Source: Takakia lepidozioides
Taxonomy: Eukaryota > Plantae > Bryophyta
DNA length: 64,000 nt
Assembly (NCBI GenBank): GCA_030704615.1
Contig: CM060734.1
Span: 22,072,001-22,136,000, forward strand
Direction: 5' to 3'
Shown: in pieces, positions 1-11,735 of the stretch
Layout: each line of letters begins with the position of its first letter
How positions within the stretch are numbered: the first letter of the stretch is position 1
The notes under the pieces: generated by a model
Seen by the model: only the letters and a program-made list of their open reading frames with translations
What the model was told of the DNA's origin: nothing
The model's database searches: none
Translations under genes and position numbers: made by a program

Positions 1-313
1 GTCATCCTCAATTTGCCAAGTGTTGTCAGCGTGTGGGAAGTCCTGCCATTTGCATAGGTAATATGTGTCAAGGCAGGTAGCACCGAATGAGTCTATAGAA
101 GTCTGGGTTTTAATACCCAGTATTGCTTCAATGACATAGGCATTTGGGTTGTCAGAGTTATTGTGGGAAGAGGGTGAAGAGTGGGGAGAGTGCGGTGTGG
201 CAGCTGGGGAAAATGAGTGGTGGGTGCATGTCGTTGGGATAGAAAGGCTGGGGGAAAGGGGTGATGGAAGTTGGTCCACGGGTTGTGGCAGGGTAACAGA
301 ATCATAGGAAGAT

Positions 314-352
<39 letters not shown>

Positions 353-1420
353 AGATCTGACCTGAACTCCGGGAGTAGGTCTTCATGTGGGCTGTGTGGG
401 AACAGTCGGCAAGGAAGATCACAGTCCAGGGTGCATGACACAAATGGGATAGCAGAATAAGGTACGGAGATAGTGGAGAAATCGGCAGGTTTTAATAGTG
501 GCTCTAGAGTATTTCAGAGTAATTCACCAGGGGTGATAAACTTGATACCAGTGACAGTGGTAAGTTGGGTGAGGTTAGTGATGTGCCGTTCTTTAAAGTA
601 GGTGAGGATGGTTGTTTTCTGACGGGCGTGGGTGGCTTCGAATTGAGAACGGAATGGGCTAGAAGACCAGGAAATTTCTAGTGGAGAGACTTTGTTAGGA
701 TATCCTGGCAGATCAGTTTGAAGGCTGATACGCATTTGTCGGAGAATAAGCAGGGATCGTGCAGTTGGGGAGTGGCGGCAAGATTGTGGATGGAGAGTAG
801 GGAGAGAGTGAAGCCCATTAAATTTTGAGGCTAGGTGCTTGATGAGTCCACGGTAGGTGAACCCTAATCGACCAGGGTCGCTAAGGGCTTCTAGTAGTTG
901 AGTACCCAGGGTGCGGGCATAGGAGGTGATGAGGGGGCTAGAACCTATACCATAGCTTGGGTAAGGGCATTTGGGGTGCTGGTAGGAAGACCATAGATCC
1001 GTTTGGTAAGTTGGATAATATGTTTGTCAAGCATGCGGATGTCTGGAAGGAGAAATGGTGGAAGGGAGAATGGAGCAACGTGGAATGCATATTGGACTTG
1101 TGGTTTAAGTACCGATTGGGTGATCGCTAATTTAGGTCTAATGGGTAGAGGGGCTTTGAGGAGTGCCAAACTCTTGTTAGTTAGTTTGGTAAGTGTAGTA
1201 GCTTTTTTAACCTGCCAGTTGAGTGATGGGACGAGTTGTATGCCTAAGTATGTATAAGGTTCGTCAGGTCCCAAGAAAGGGAAAGGGCTATGCTGATATG
1301 GATGTAGTTTTGCAGTGGGAATCAATCGCGGCCCGGGTGAGCTTGCTGCGGTGGGTAGCTGCTGTGACGGCGCATTTGTGGATACTGAGTTCCATGCCTG
1401 ACTAGAGATTAAAGCGAGAT
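1..1420 (-). mobile_element. Dualen/RandI-type LINE fragment: end of RT, thumb, linker, chromodomain; runs off the window edge
   Basis: Minus-strand translation gives SGMELSIHKCAVT (RT motif 6) near 1400, EPYTYLGIQL (ORF 945-1325) and, at 1-138, YVIEAILGIK...TYYLCKWQDFPHADNTWQIEDD. Same C/A-rich composition as the other LINE pieces; stops and frameshifts present. Confidence 0.8.
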
Positions 1421-3200
1421 AATTAGGGATGGGGAGGTAGGCGGTGGGTTATTAATGGGTAGATCATGCACCAGCAGGATGTCGGGGCATAATCTGGCAG
1501 AACAGGTGTATGGGGGACGCGAACAAGTACATGGAAGTAGCCATGGTGGAACAATGTGATCTGGGGGTTTGCCTTGATAGGTGCCTGCATTGACGAGTGA
1601 GAACTAGCGAGTTTCAGAGCGCTGCATGAGGAGTTTGTGGATGTGCCAAACCGCTTGGTTGTGACGGGTTATATGACCGTGGATGACTGGATGGGTGCAT
1701 TGGCTAAGTATATGTGGCCATGTGTCCCGGACCTGGTGAGTGTGTAAGCATAGCGGGCAGTATGTTGATGGGAAGAGGCGTGGCCAGAAGACGTGCTTTC
1801 GTTGGTGGCCCATATATTGTGCGTAACGAAATTTAAGTGTTTGTCTAATTTGAGCATCAGTTGCAGCTTTGGAGTGCTGGAAATAGTTGGAGAGTTTATG
1901 GTGGAGTATAGTGGATAGTGCCCATTTTTTAATATGAATTTTGGTGTGGCTCATGGATGCCATTGCTTGTTGAGTGGCCTCCTTAGTGAGGATGGTGAGG
2001 AGATTGCGTATAGGCTTAGGGTCAGGGGGGTTTGGTACTGGGTGGATCAGCCATAATGGGTGGGTATGCGCAATGTGGATAGGATCATTAGTGGGGTCAA
2101 CGATGGGTTTGAGAGCACCAGATTGGGCGAGGAGGTCAGCCACCTGGTTACCAGCAATACTGGTATGTGAGTGGACTTTTAGAAAATGGATGGGTTGGCC
2201 CATGTTTATGGCTAGGTTGGCTATGGCAGAGATGAGATTGTGGTCTGGATGGTGGTGATGTGAGGAAGGACAGGCGCGGTGGTTACGAATGAGGAATAGC
2301 GATGTAAGACTGTCCGTGAAGAGATAGTAGGGAGGGAGAAATGAGGGTAGCTGAGAGATAGCAACGTAGATGGCTATAAGCTCAGCGTGGAGTATGGTGG
2401 CCGGGCCAGGGAGCCTGGCGGCTGTGCCCTGTTCCGAGGCAACGTGATAAACGCCATATCCGGCGTTGGATCCTGATTGGGAGCCATAAGTATAATGTGA
2501 GGGGCGCGGGGGGTATTTGAGGGGCATAGGTTTGGTGATATGGCAGGGGGGTATCGGGTGAAGGTGATGGGGGCAGGAGGGGGGGGGGGCGGGTGGTGCT
2601 TTAAGCCAGGTATTGCTCGGTTGATCCTGGAAAGTTGGACTAGTTGTGGGGTTAGTACGTGGAGCTGTGAGGGAAGGGGGTATGGTGTAGGTTGGCTGTG
2701 ACCTTGAAGCCGCGAGTACGCGTGAGTGTATTGCCTAGGTGATCATGTAGTGTTTGTGGAATGGAAGGGGATGATGCATGTTGGACATGTAGAAGAAGAG
2801 TGAGGGTGGCTTCGTCATGTTTGAGATATTTGGGGAAGGGTGGGTTTCTAGAGTAGAGAGGTTGGTCAGGTTCGATGGAGGCTAGAAGTGTGGTGCCTGA
2901 TGGGAATTGGAGAAGGGGGTGGGGGTTGTCCGACGACCTCTGGTGGGTAAGTATGAGGATAGTAATTGAGTGTGGGAAGGTTCCGCGAAGCGAGCCCACT
3001 GCGGAGCTTCCTGGGTATATAGTCCGCGGGGGGTGGGCCAACCCCTGGCCGGACCATGTGTGCTGGGTTGCGGAGCCAGAGGCCCCGAAGATGCAATCTC
3101 TAGGGTGTTGTTAGTGATGTCAATTAGGATGTTGGCAGCGGGCGAGATACATATCGATTGTCCTGGGTTTGGGTTTGGGAGATGTGTTGTTGATGTTTCT
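1421..3200 (-). mobile_element. Dualen/RandI-type LINE 3' fragment: methyltransferase-like region, RNase H, CCHC knuckle, restriction-like endonuclease
   Basis: ORF 1604-2527 has RNase H motifs (HAELIAI, FTDSLTS, KVHSHTSIAGNQVADLLA), then CPLC..PHILSQC and RHNQAV. Reading past the stop gives VPPWLLPCTC..ARLCPDILLV, the PD motif of an RLE. Confidence 0.8.
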
Positions 3201-3806
3201 GTGTGAGGTTGCGGGTGTTAGTACATGGGGTTATTTTTTCCCCTCAATAAAATTTTAAGTGGCCTATACCTTTTTCTTTTTCTTTTTTAAATGATGAAGA
3301 AAAAAGATAGAGAACACATTGCGATGATACTGAGAACTCCCAAAGAAAAGACGACAGGCTGAGCTCGTCAGCCGGAGAAGTAATCAAAGAGGGGCAAAGC
3401 GACGGTGGACTGATTTTGTGGCGACTCCCCAATCGAGGAACACTATACTTGCTTATTGCTTACTCAACAGTTTGAGGAATCCAAAACAGATAGGCCCCAT
3501 CTCAACAATTTAATCATCCACAATGTACCAAGCTCTTTTTCACAAAACTGCATAAAAACTGAATGTGCAGCCTGAGAAAGGCTCAGATCCATGAAACCTG
3601 AGTGCCGTGGAGAAGGTGAGCTACCACCTCAAAAAACTTTCAGAGTTTTCCACGGTAGAATCACATTCCAAAAGAAAATTCGTATGAAATAGTCATTAGT
3701 AAACAAAATTGAGGCACATTATATCATAGTAACCTGCCTTATGGCCTCTTAACTCACGTAAAAACTGCATTGTAGACCGTGTGAAAAGAAAACTACCTGC
3801 CTATCT

Positions 3807-3911
3807 GCCCGTAATCTGAGATTACGGGCCCCAGCCCATGGGCTCCACGGCGCAACAGGACAAGCGGGATTTTATGCTATTTAAACACCAAAACTACACT
3901 CACTAGGGTTT
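3807..3911 (+). promoter_or_regulatory. Promoter of the B3 gene: site II-like AGCCCA/TGGGCT, TATA-like TATTTAAA, telo-box
   Basis: AGCCCATGGGCT at ~3833-3844, TATTTAAA at ~3878 and TAGGGTTT at 3904-3911, about 200 bp upstream of the ATG. Site II plus telo-box is a known plant promoter module. Confidence 0.55.
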
Positions 3912-4106
3912 TGCGTTCCTCTCACGCATCAGCTGGTTTGTCTGTGTGTGCCTATCTTTGCATCGGTACTGTGCTTAACGGCGTGAGCAATAACAGACTT
4001 ACTACTTGATTCTACTCTTGTGTAAATGCGCAAGGAGGTCAAGAAGGAACAACATGGCTGATAGTTCAAGCTACCTCATAGTCTTGCACAGCAGAGCTTC
4101 TCGAGA

Positions 4107-5402
4107 ATGGGACCAAATGCAAATTCGTCATCATATGAGGACGTTCGCCGGAAGAGAATCGAAGAAAACAAGAAACGTATGCTAGAGCTTGGCCTCAAGG
4201 AACCGTCCAAGAGCTCGACCAAGTCATCCTGTCCATCCAGCGCAACAGTTGTGCGGTCATGTAAGAAAAGATGCCTCTCCCTTCAGGAGCTAGGCATGGA
4301 GCAGAGGCGGTCTTCTCGAGTGGCTGCCAAGCCAGTTGTTGATTACAAAGACCATTTTGAGATTGGGCTGCGGGCAAAGTGTGGGTCCAGGGGAGACATA
4401 CAAAGTCTCCCTCGCCGGTACTTCTCTGATAAGGCTCGCATGGCAGCGATTGAAGCTGCTGAAGAAATCACCAAAGGCTTAGATAATCCGTCCATTGTGA
4501 AGCCAATGTTACACTCCCACACAGCGAGTGGGTTTTGGCTCGGGCTGCCAGCCGCTTTCTGCAAGGTGCACCTGCCATTACAAGATGACCGAATTATGCT
4601 GCAGGATGAGCAAGATAAGGAATGGGAGACGATCTATCTAGCGAAAAAGGTGGGACTGAGTGGGGGATGGCGAGGCTTCTCGCTGGACCATAACTTGGTA
4701 AATGGAGACGCATGCGTGTTTGAGCTCGTTTCTAGGACTAGATTCAAGATCCACATTGTAAGGGCCTCTAAGCAGGACCCGGCATCCCAGGATGCAGATG
4801 AAGCACCGACGGAAGGGGAAACATTGACGGCAGAGATGAAAGAGACGAAACGTCCCACTAAGAAGTCAACTGCATCGTATCCAGCCAGAGAGAAAGTGGA
4901 AAAGAGCTCAAGCGGGAAAAAATCAATGACGCCTGTATCCAGGAAACTTCGTAAAACAATCAAAGAGGAGATGAACCAAGAAGATGCAGCTGTTCTTGAT
5001 GTGGTTCGGTGCAAGAGAGTCAAACAAGGTGCCAGAGAGGACACAGAATTGAAGGTCGTTGAGGCAGCATGGTCTGGCAAACGCAAGAGACAAGTCAAAG
5101 AGGAGGAGGTTGTGGTTTTCGAGCACAGTGATGAGGAAGGTTCACTGCCTACTCAGAAGGTCAAGACAAAAGGAGAAAAGACTCACAGCAAGAAAAGCGA
5201 GGTCGCTGACGTAAATGAGGTGATTGAACTAGAATCTAACCTTGAAGATGAGGACGACGTTTGGCAGTCACCAGCAGCACTTCAAAGGGTTAAACAGACC
5301 AGGGTTCTTGCCGGACATCACGGAGGGTCAGTACACCGTCAGGGGGAGAAAGCAAACCATCAGGAAGGGTTTCTGAACCATCGGAGAAGACCGGTAAACT
5401 AG
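4107..5402 (+). CDS. B3 DNA-binding domain protein (REM-type, At3g19184/At5g42700-like), 431 aa, intronless
   Basis: N-terminal YEDVRRKRIEENKKRMLELGL and RRSSRVA motifs; B3 core VKPMLHSHTASGFWLGLPAAFCKVHLP...GLSGGWRGFSLDHNLVNGDACVFEL; charged C-terminal tail whose exact end is less certain. Confidence 0.9.
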   Translation: MGPNANSSSYEDVRRKRIEENKKRMLELGLKEPSKSSTKSSCPSSATVVRSCKKRCLSLQELGMEQRRSSRVAAKPVVDYKDHFEIGLRAKCGSRGDIQSLPRRYFSDKARMAAIEAAEEITKGLDNPSIVKPMLHSHTASGFWLGLPAAFCKVHLPLQDDRIMLQDEQDKEWETIYLAKKVGLSGGWRGFSLDHNLVNGDACVFELVSRTRFKIHIVRASKQDPASQDADEAPTEGETLTAEMKETKRPTKKSTASYPAREKVEKSSSGKKSMTPVSRKLRKTIKEEMNQEDAAVLDVVRCKRVKQGAREDTELKVVEAAWSGKRKRQVKEEEVVVFEHSDEEGSLPTQKVKTKGEKTHSKKSEVADVNEVIELESNLEDEDDVWQSPAALQRVKQTRVLAGHHGGSVHRQGEKANHQEGFLNHRRRPVN

Positions 5403-6282
5403 CACGTAGGATCAGTAACTCATCAGGGAGGACCAGTAAGCCAGCTGCAAAATGGCTTGGTGTGAGGCAAGCTAGAAGGTCCCGTTTGCTAGGAAATATT
5501 CCAGTGAGGAACTGACTGTAGCAAAAATGTGCATCCGAAGTAGAAGTGAAGGTGAGTAGATTGACGAATGGATCAGGAATCCAAGGACCAGCTCTCAACA
5601 TTGTGAGTTGATCACGTGTAGTTTTGCGGGGAGAGGGCAAAACCTGTGCCCAGATCGCTCTGGTATGGATCAGATCTTTATGCAATTCAACGTTCGTATC
5701 AAAGCGAATCATTATGTGGTAAGGATTAGCAAAGAGAGAGAGGGAGAGAGAGTTCCTAGCAGAACCTTAGAACACTACCTGCATATGTGTTGGTGAGATT
5801 CTCTTTAAGTCCATCTTTTTATTTACCTCCAGCCCCTCAATATTGCAATGCCAAAAAGCAACTGCAGGAGAAAGGCCTCTCGTTCTTGGCCATTGCAGTA
5901 TGACCCAATCCCCTTATAGTAACTTTGCTTTCTAGATTTTTTGGATGTTACTTACGTGTTTCACCCTTTGCTGTGATGTGTAAGTTGTCATTATATACAG
6001 CGGGCTGAACCACACTATCACCATCTCACATATTGTCACTGGCTTGGGAGGGCTGGTTTCAGAACTTGCCAGATAGACCAAAACCAATCAAGGAGGACAC
6101 AGTTATAGACTACCTCCGTTAGTGGGTAAAGTCTCTCTAGCTGGGTCAATGGTCAGGTGATTTGCTTGTTCGATATGCATTCGTGTCCAACAACCTGTTT
6201 GTTTGTTTCTTTCTTCTCGCTCTTGCCACATGAGACAACTGCATTTGTTTTCTAGTACCTCTAAAGTGTCAGGACAGACATG

Positions 6283-6358
6283 ACACAGCAGATTGATGTT
6301 TGTGTGAAGAGATTTCAGCAGATTGATGTTCGTGTGAAGAGATTTCTAGAGGATATCT
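6283..6358 (+). repeat. Micro-fragment of the 53.7-56.6 kb LINE family with a 30-bp tandem duplication
   Basis: CAGCAGATTGATGTT(T/C)GTGTGAAGAGATTT x2 followed by CTAGAGGATATCT matches ~56439-56484 (ACACAGCAGATTGATGCTTGTGTGAAGGGATTTCTAGAGGATATCT). Confidence 0.75.
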
Positions 6359-6515
6359 GCCAAACTTGAACAGAGAGGGAAAAAAAGCAAAATGTTAATC
6401 CGGCCAGACAGAATCTAGATAAAATCTGCTTTAAATAAAGACAAAATAAATGATGAACGCCGGAACAAATATGCATTAAATAAAAATAATCAAGCTTTTC
6501 TATGAAACCATGACA

Positions 6516-7250
6516 TTAACCCTTAAACGATGAGCAGTTCTTTGGTGGGCCACCCCAAAAAACGGATATACCTAGGGCATATCTCCCTGGCCCCAAACAT
6601 CCAGGGAAATGAACCTTACAACTTTCATCCTACCTACTGCATCTTCCTACCTGCAAAATTTCAGAGTGTTTGACCGTTCCAATTGCTATATTATAACATT
6701 TTTGTACTGTTGTTTTTTCAAATCCATCCTATTTCACCTTGCATTTTCTCCTTTGATCAAGGATTTGCCCAGTGTTTTTGATTTTTCCTGGTGAAATGCC
6801 CTCCACATTCTGAATGCAGGGCACCTAAAGGACACTCGCACAAAATTTCTGGTCCAAATTCCAAGTTTGGGAGGGGGTCGGGTTTGTATGTGAAAACAGG
6901 GGGGATAAATGGAGCCAAAAGTACTCTACAAACTGGAAACACCCAGGAGAAGGGGAATTTCACAATGGAATCAAAATTCCAGCGGTAGAAAGGTGGAGTG
7001 CCCCACTGCCCACAAGCCTGTCAAAATTTGGCATGAAAATTCCAAAACCCAAAGTCAAGATTTTCATTTAGGTGAAATTTCCGGTGAAGTCCTACTCAGG
7101 CATTCAGTGGCCGGACTGGCTATACGTTTCCGGTGGGATTTCTGTGCCACGTAGCCCACAACCCCGCGAGGTGAAGGGCTTCCCTGGAAGAAAAAATCGT
7201 AGCACCCGGCGCACCTTTCCAAGACCCTGTAACATTCACGGGCGCCAACT
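6516..7250. mobile_element. Possible orphan end of a piggyBac-like non-autonomous element
   Basis: TTAA|CCCTTAA at 6516, the same terminus as the element at 46485. No partner TIR found; right boundary approximate. Confidence 0.3.
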
Positions 7251-7570
7251 GCCATGAACCAACAACCTTCACATGAACAGTGCATGCAGGTCCCACCCTT
7301 TACCACAAAATGCAGAGAAGAATGCCCAAGAACTGTGGGGGGATTGAACCCCCAAATCAAGGTGGTATAGTACCGCGTAGTATAGGGATAGGAGGGGTGG
7401 ATCCGTAGTATGAGCTAGAGTATTCAGTGGTACTGTCAGTATATATGTTACCAATGAGTTGGATAGAGTCTGACAGATAACCTAGGTCAGTCATGATTGC
7501 AAGAAGTCAGTCATGATCTAAGGAGCCGAATGCATTCTTAAAATCAATATACGGTCTAGTGTAAAGTCGT

Positions 7571-9920
7571 CTAGGTAGTGCTTGACTTTACACATACAAT
7601 TTTGGTTGTGATGGTTTGGGTGCAAACAGTTAGTGGTAGTGGGCGTGTAGGAGGTGCTTGGATCCAAATTTCATTCCTGATGTCCATAGGGTTAGTTAAT
7701 AAATGTCCATGCCGATGTTTGAGGCAATCGATAGGTGGATTTAGTGCAGGGTTGAAGATGGCTTTATGGCTTTTTTGGGTGGTCATGTAGTAGTTGGCTA
7801 AAGGAGGCAACAAATTTTTTGTGATTGTCCGAGGCTTTTTGTTTAAGAATGATAGTATACGTTTGGCATCTAGCCAGGTGGACTCAGGAGAGGATGATAA
7901 GTTGGTATCAGAGAGGGTATGGAAGAGTTGAAGCGTGAGAAGAGATGCCATTGGGTGGAAGTGGTTGTAGAAGCCAACAATGTTGCGTTGAGATATAGGG
8001 GAAAGGATCCTGGGTGGGGGGGGGGGGGGGGTGGAAGTAGGGACTGGTGGGATCGGTCTAGTGGAGATGAGAGATGGAGGGAGGGAAATGGATACCGGGT
8101 AGTGGTCAGAGTTGCATAAGCTGTCAATGTGGATGTGGCTTCTAAGATACGTAGGGATGGTGTCACGTGTATGGAGGTAGAATCCGTCGATAAGGCTTAA
8201 GGATAAGTAATTGAGGCCTCCTTGTCGTGAGTAGTGGTAATCAGATGAAATGTATGAGAATCGGTGTTGTTGATGAACTTAGCCCATACATGATCGATTG
8301 GGGATGGGGGTTTTGGGAGACCATTGAATGTGTGTCCAAGTAGAGCTATGTACTGGTTGAAGTCGCCAGCCAGTATATAGTGGTAGTTTTGCTGTTCGGG
8401 GTGGGAGACAGTGGAGGAGATAGTTTGTAGTATGTCTAGTATCAGTGCTAGATCTTCAATATGGGATGGCATATACAAGTAGATTAGTGTAATGGGGGTG
8501 AGTGCGGGTAGTGGGAGTTGTATAATTTGAAGGTGGGAGCGGAGGGGAATAGATACGGATATTTCAAGTGTGGTATTAGGAAAGTGGTGTGTTTTGAGGA
8601 TACCGAGTGCTACGCCACCTCGGGCTGGGGTGTATGGAGCAGAGCGACGTCTAAGGCATTGTGGTGCAGTCACGGGTGTACCGTACAGGAAATAGTATGT
8701 GGGCAGGAGTTTGTTAATGTATGAGCTGTTGGAATTATTGGTATGCAGTTTAGTTTCTTGGAGAAGAATAATGTGGGGGGGCGTAGAGTCTGTAAGGAGG
8801 TGGAGCAGACTTTGGATACTGGAGGCTAGAGAGCCCACGTTCCAGGTAGTGATGGTGAGAGTGTGGGGGCAGAGGCCAGAGTGAGTAGAGGGGGGATTGG
8901 GCGTAGGGACTGGTGTGGGGGATTGGGGTTGGGTTGTGGGAGGTACGGGTTGAGATAACATATGGGCTGGCAGTGGTCGGGAGACTAGAGTGGGAGTGAC
9001 AGATTTAAGGGTGGCAGAAAGAACTTCTTCAGAGAGGAAGGGGAATTTGGTGGTTATGTTCAGGTAGTCTTGGTTCGTGTTGGTGAGGGTAGCGAGATGG
9101 TCTCCTAGTTTCTTGTGTAGAGCACCGGGCTGTGCTTGTAACAGATTGAGCGATATGTGAAGGTCTGTTAGGCATTGGGAGGGGCCAGGTAGTTACTTGG
9201 GTGTGAGGGTAGAGTTTGTAACTTTTGCAAGATAGATGTGAGTAGGGAGTCTAATTGTGTGATCAGATAGTCTTCACATACGCTAGGAAGTGGGGAGATG
9301 GCGACAATGAGGGAGAAGAGAAGATGTTGGGCTGGGTGGGTGCTGTGTTTGAGAGCAAACATGGAGAGTGTTGGGTAAGGGTGCGGAGAAAGGCCAAAGG
9401 TAGGTATAGAGTGTCTGACAGTGTATTTGGGAATTTGGTTGTTAGTGGGTAGTGTGGGTAGGAAGGGGGCGAAGTGATCAAATAGGTGTCGGTAGGTATG
9501 CATAAGAGATAAACTGCTTGGGTAAAAGTAGAGGGCGTATTGATCTTGTGAGTCAGCGGGTAGCTGATTGACGATGTCATTAATAGGGGAGGGCCCTGGG
9601 TTGGGGTGGATGTCTCCGCATCTGAGCAGGTTGAGTGTGATATATAACTCTCGGTACATGGTGTCTGGCGAAGGGGGGTGGTGAAGGCGATGTTTGGAGG
9701 TTAGGTGGAGGTAGGAGTAGCGTCCATGAGGGCAATGGGGTGCGGGGTAGGCTCTGTGAGTAGATCATAGAATGGCTGGGGAGGATGTGAATATGTGGGT
9801 TGTGGTTTATTTATGGGATGTAAATTGGCCTGGGGGGTGAGGGTGGAACTAGTGGGTGAGGAGTTGTGATTTGTGTTTAATTGTAGGTGAGGTGGTATAA
9901 GGTAGTAACATGTATGCATT
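7571..9920 (-). mobile_element. 5' part of an APE-bearing LINE (probably the Dualen family): 2A-like motif, APE endonuclease, linker; degenerate
   Basis: ORF 9168-9659 contains LLRCGDIHPNPGP. ORF 8197-8961 has APE motifs ITTWNVGS, ILLQETKL, GGVALGI, LYMPS and LAGDFN. ORF 7571-7951 resembles the pre-RT linker. Confidence 0.8.
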
Positions 9921-11735
9921 TAGTTAGTGTGGCTTACACAGGAGGTGCACTGAGGAGATAATGGTACCATTGGATTAGCAATACAACAACCAGGGCCTCA
10001 TATGAATTACAAATTTTTTTATGCAAGTGGCCATTTCATACGAATTATCAAAGTCTTGAATACACATTTGCCTATGTGTGTGCAGTAGACCCAACCAAAG
10101 CACACCCAAAATATATCTAATGCAAAGCCTACAACTGCCTCACATGCACAAGTGCTGCATCTAAAAGCGTGTCCTCCTTAAGCCATTCATAACTTCGTGA
10201 GCACTTGCCCATGACTTGGCAACCATTCTATAGTGGTATTCAATGCATCAAAAGTCAAACCATTGATGGTCTTAAAACTGACCACCAACAAAATCAAGTC
10301 TACCCAAAGAGATTTGCCAATGTGTGCAACGGCGGGCCTCAAAACTAACCACTCCAAATCAACTCTGACCAAAGACATTCTCAAAGCTGAATACCTTCCA
10401 AATCCACTTTGACAAAAAAGATTCACAAAAGACATGAACGCGGGTCCCGGGCACCAGGGCCTTGAAACAACCCCTTAAGTAGATCCATGGTCGTCTTGCT
10501 GCATGCAGGTGAGATCACTTAGAACCTTAAGTTCATATTACGTGGTTGCAGTGGGATTCTTGTCACGGCAGGGGGACGTAGTGGGCAGACCACAAGGTGG
10601 GCAGTGTCCTCGCCACGGGCCTTGGCTCGACGCCGCTCCATGGCGATGCGTTGATTGTACCTGCATATGGGTGGAGCATTGCCGCAGTAAGGCGCCAGGT
10701 ACCCGTTAGGGGAATGGGGTGATTGTTTTTTTATTGCAGAATGCAGACGATCACCTGCCGCTACACACGCCTTGGTGCTCCAAATCGCATCGAAAGCCTT
10801 CTTTTGGGCTCGCTCTTGCTGTCGGAATCGCTTCTGGGCTGCCGCCTCTTCCCGCTCAGCAACTCGTTTCATCTTGGCAGCCATTTGCTCTTCTTTCTTC
10901 CGTTCACGTGCTTGGGTAGCTATTTCTTTGAGCCTGGTCTTCTGTTCTAGTGCAGCTAAGTAGGTGTCTGAAGTCATCATAATAGATTTACTATAATCTA
11001 TGATTGGTTCATTTTCATTTCTGATCTGCCTCTGTGTGCTTGCAGGTGCTTCTGGGAGAACACGGAACCGGGAGATGGTAGATGGACGTCCACCTGACGT
11101 CGGTGATGGCACCACAGGTACTCCTTCGGTCGTATCCACCTGACCTGACTCCTCCACGCTACCGCCTTGAATCGGCTGTTCCTGTTCATTGTCACTGGAT
11201 TCTATTTCGACGAAGTAGTGGTGATGGTCTTCCCGTGTCTCAGGTATAATATTGCCCAAGATCTCCTCGACGTGCAATTCAACTAACCCGTGTTCAACCT
11301 CCTCTGCTGGATTGTTGTCTTGGACTGTGGCATGTCACTCTACTGCAGCTTGTGGTGGTGTTGGCATGGTCTGCTCCTGTCATTCGGGCTGCGTGAATGC
11401 ATTGCTAGGGCCCATCTTTTCTTCCATCGCATGTGAATTAAGGGGCCAAATTCATGTGGATTAGAACCCCTTGGCTATGTTCTGACGTGTGAGTGCAGTC
11501 TTCAAGGCCAGGCTGACCCACTGAGCCAAGTCCTCCTTCTGGGCCCCTTTCCTTTGTTGAGCCGTGCTCCAAACGTCCCTGTACTTTCTGAATGCAGTTT
11601 TAAAAGGCTTGAACACAGCCACATCAAGGGGCTGCAATGCATGTGAAGTGTGAGAGGGAAGGGTGATCAGATCCAAACCTGATGATCTAGCTTGTCTAAC
11701 CACATCTATAGTGACATATGAATTATGACCATCAA

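Noticed and set aside
93-443. Proline-rich protein
   Set aside because: The polyproline comes from a poly-G run inside the LINE; the real frame is the LINE ORF.
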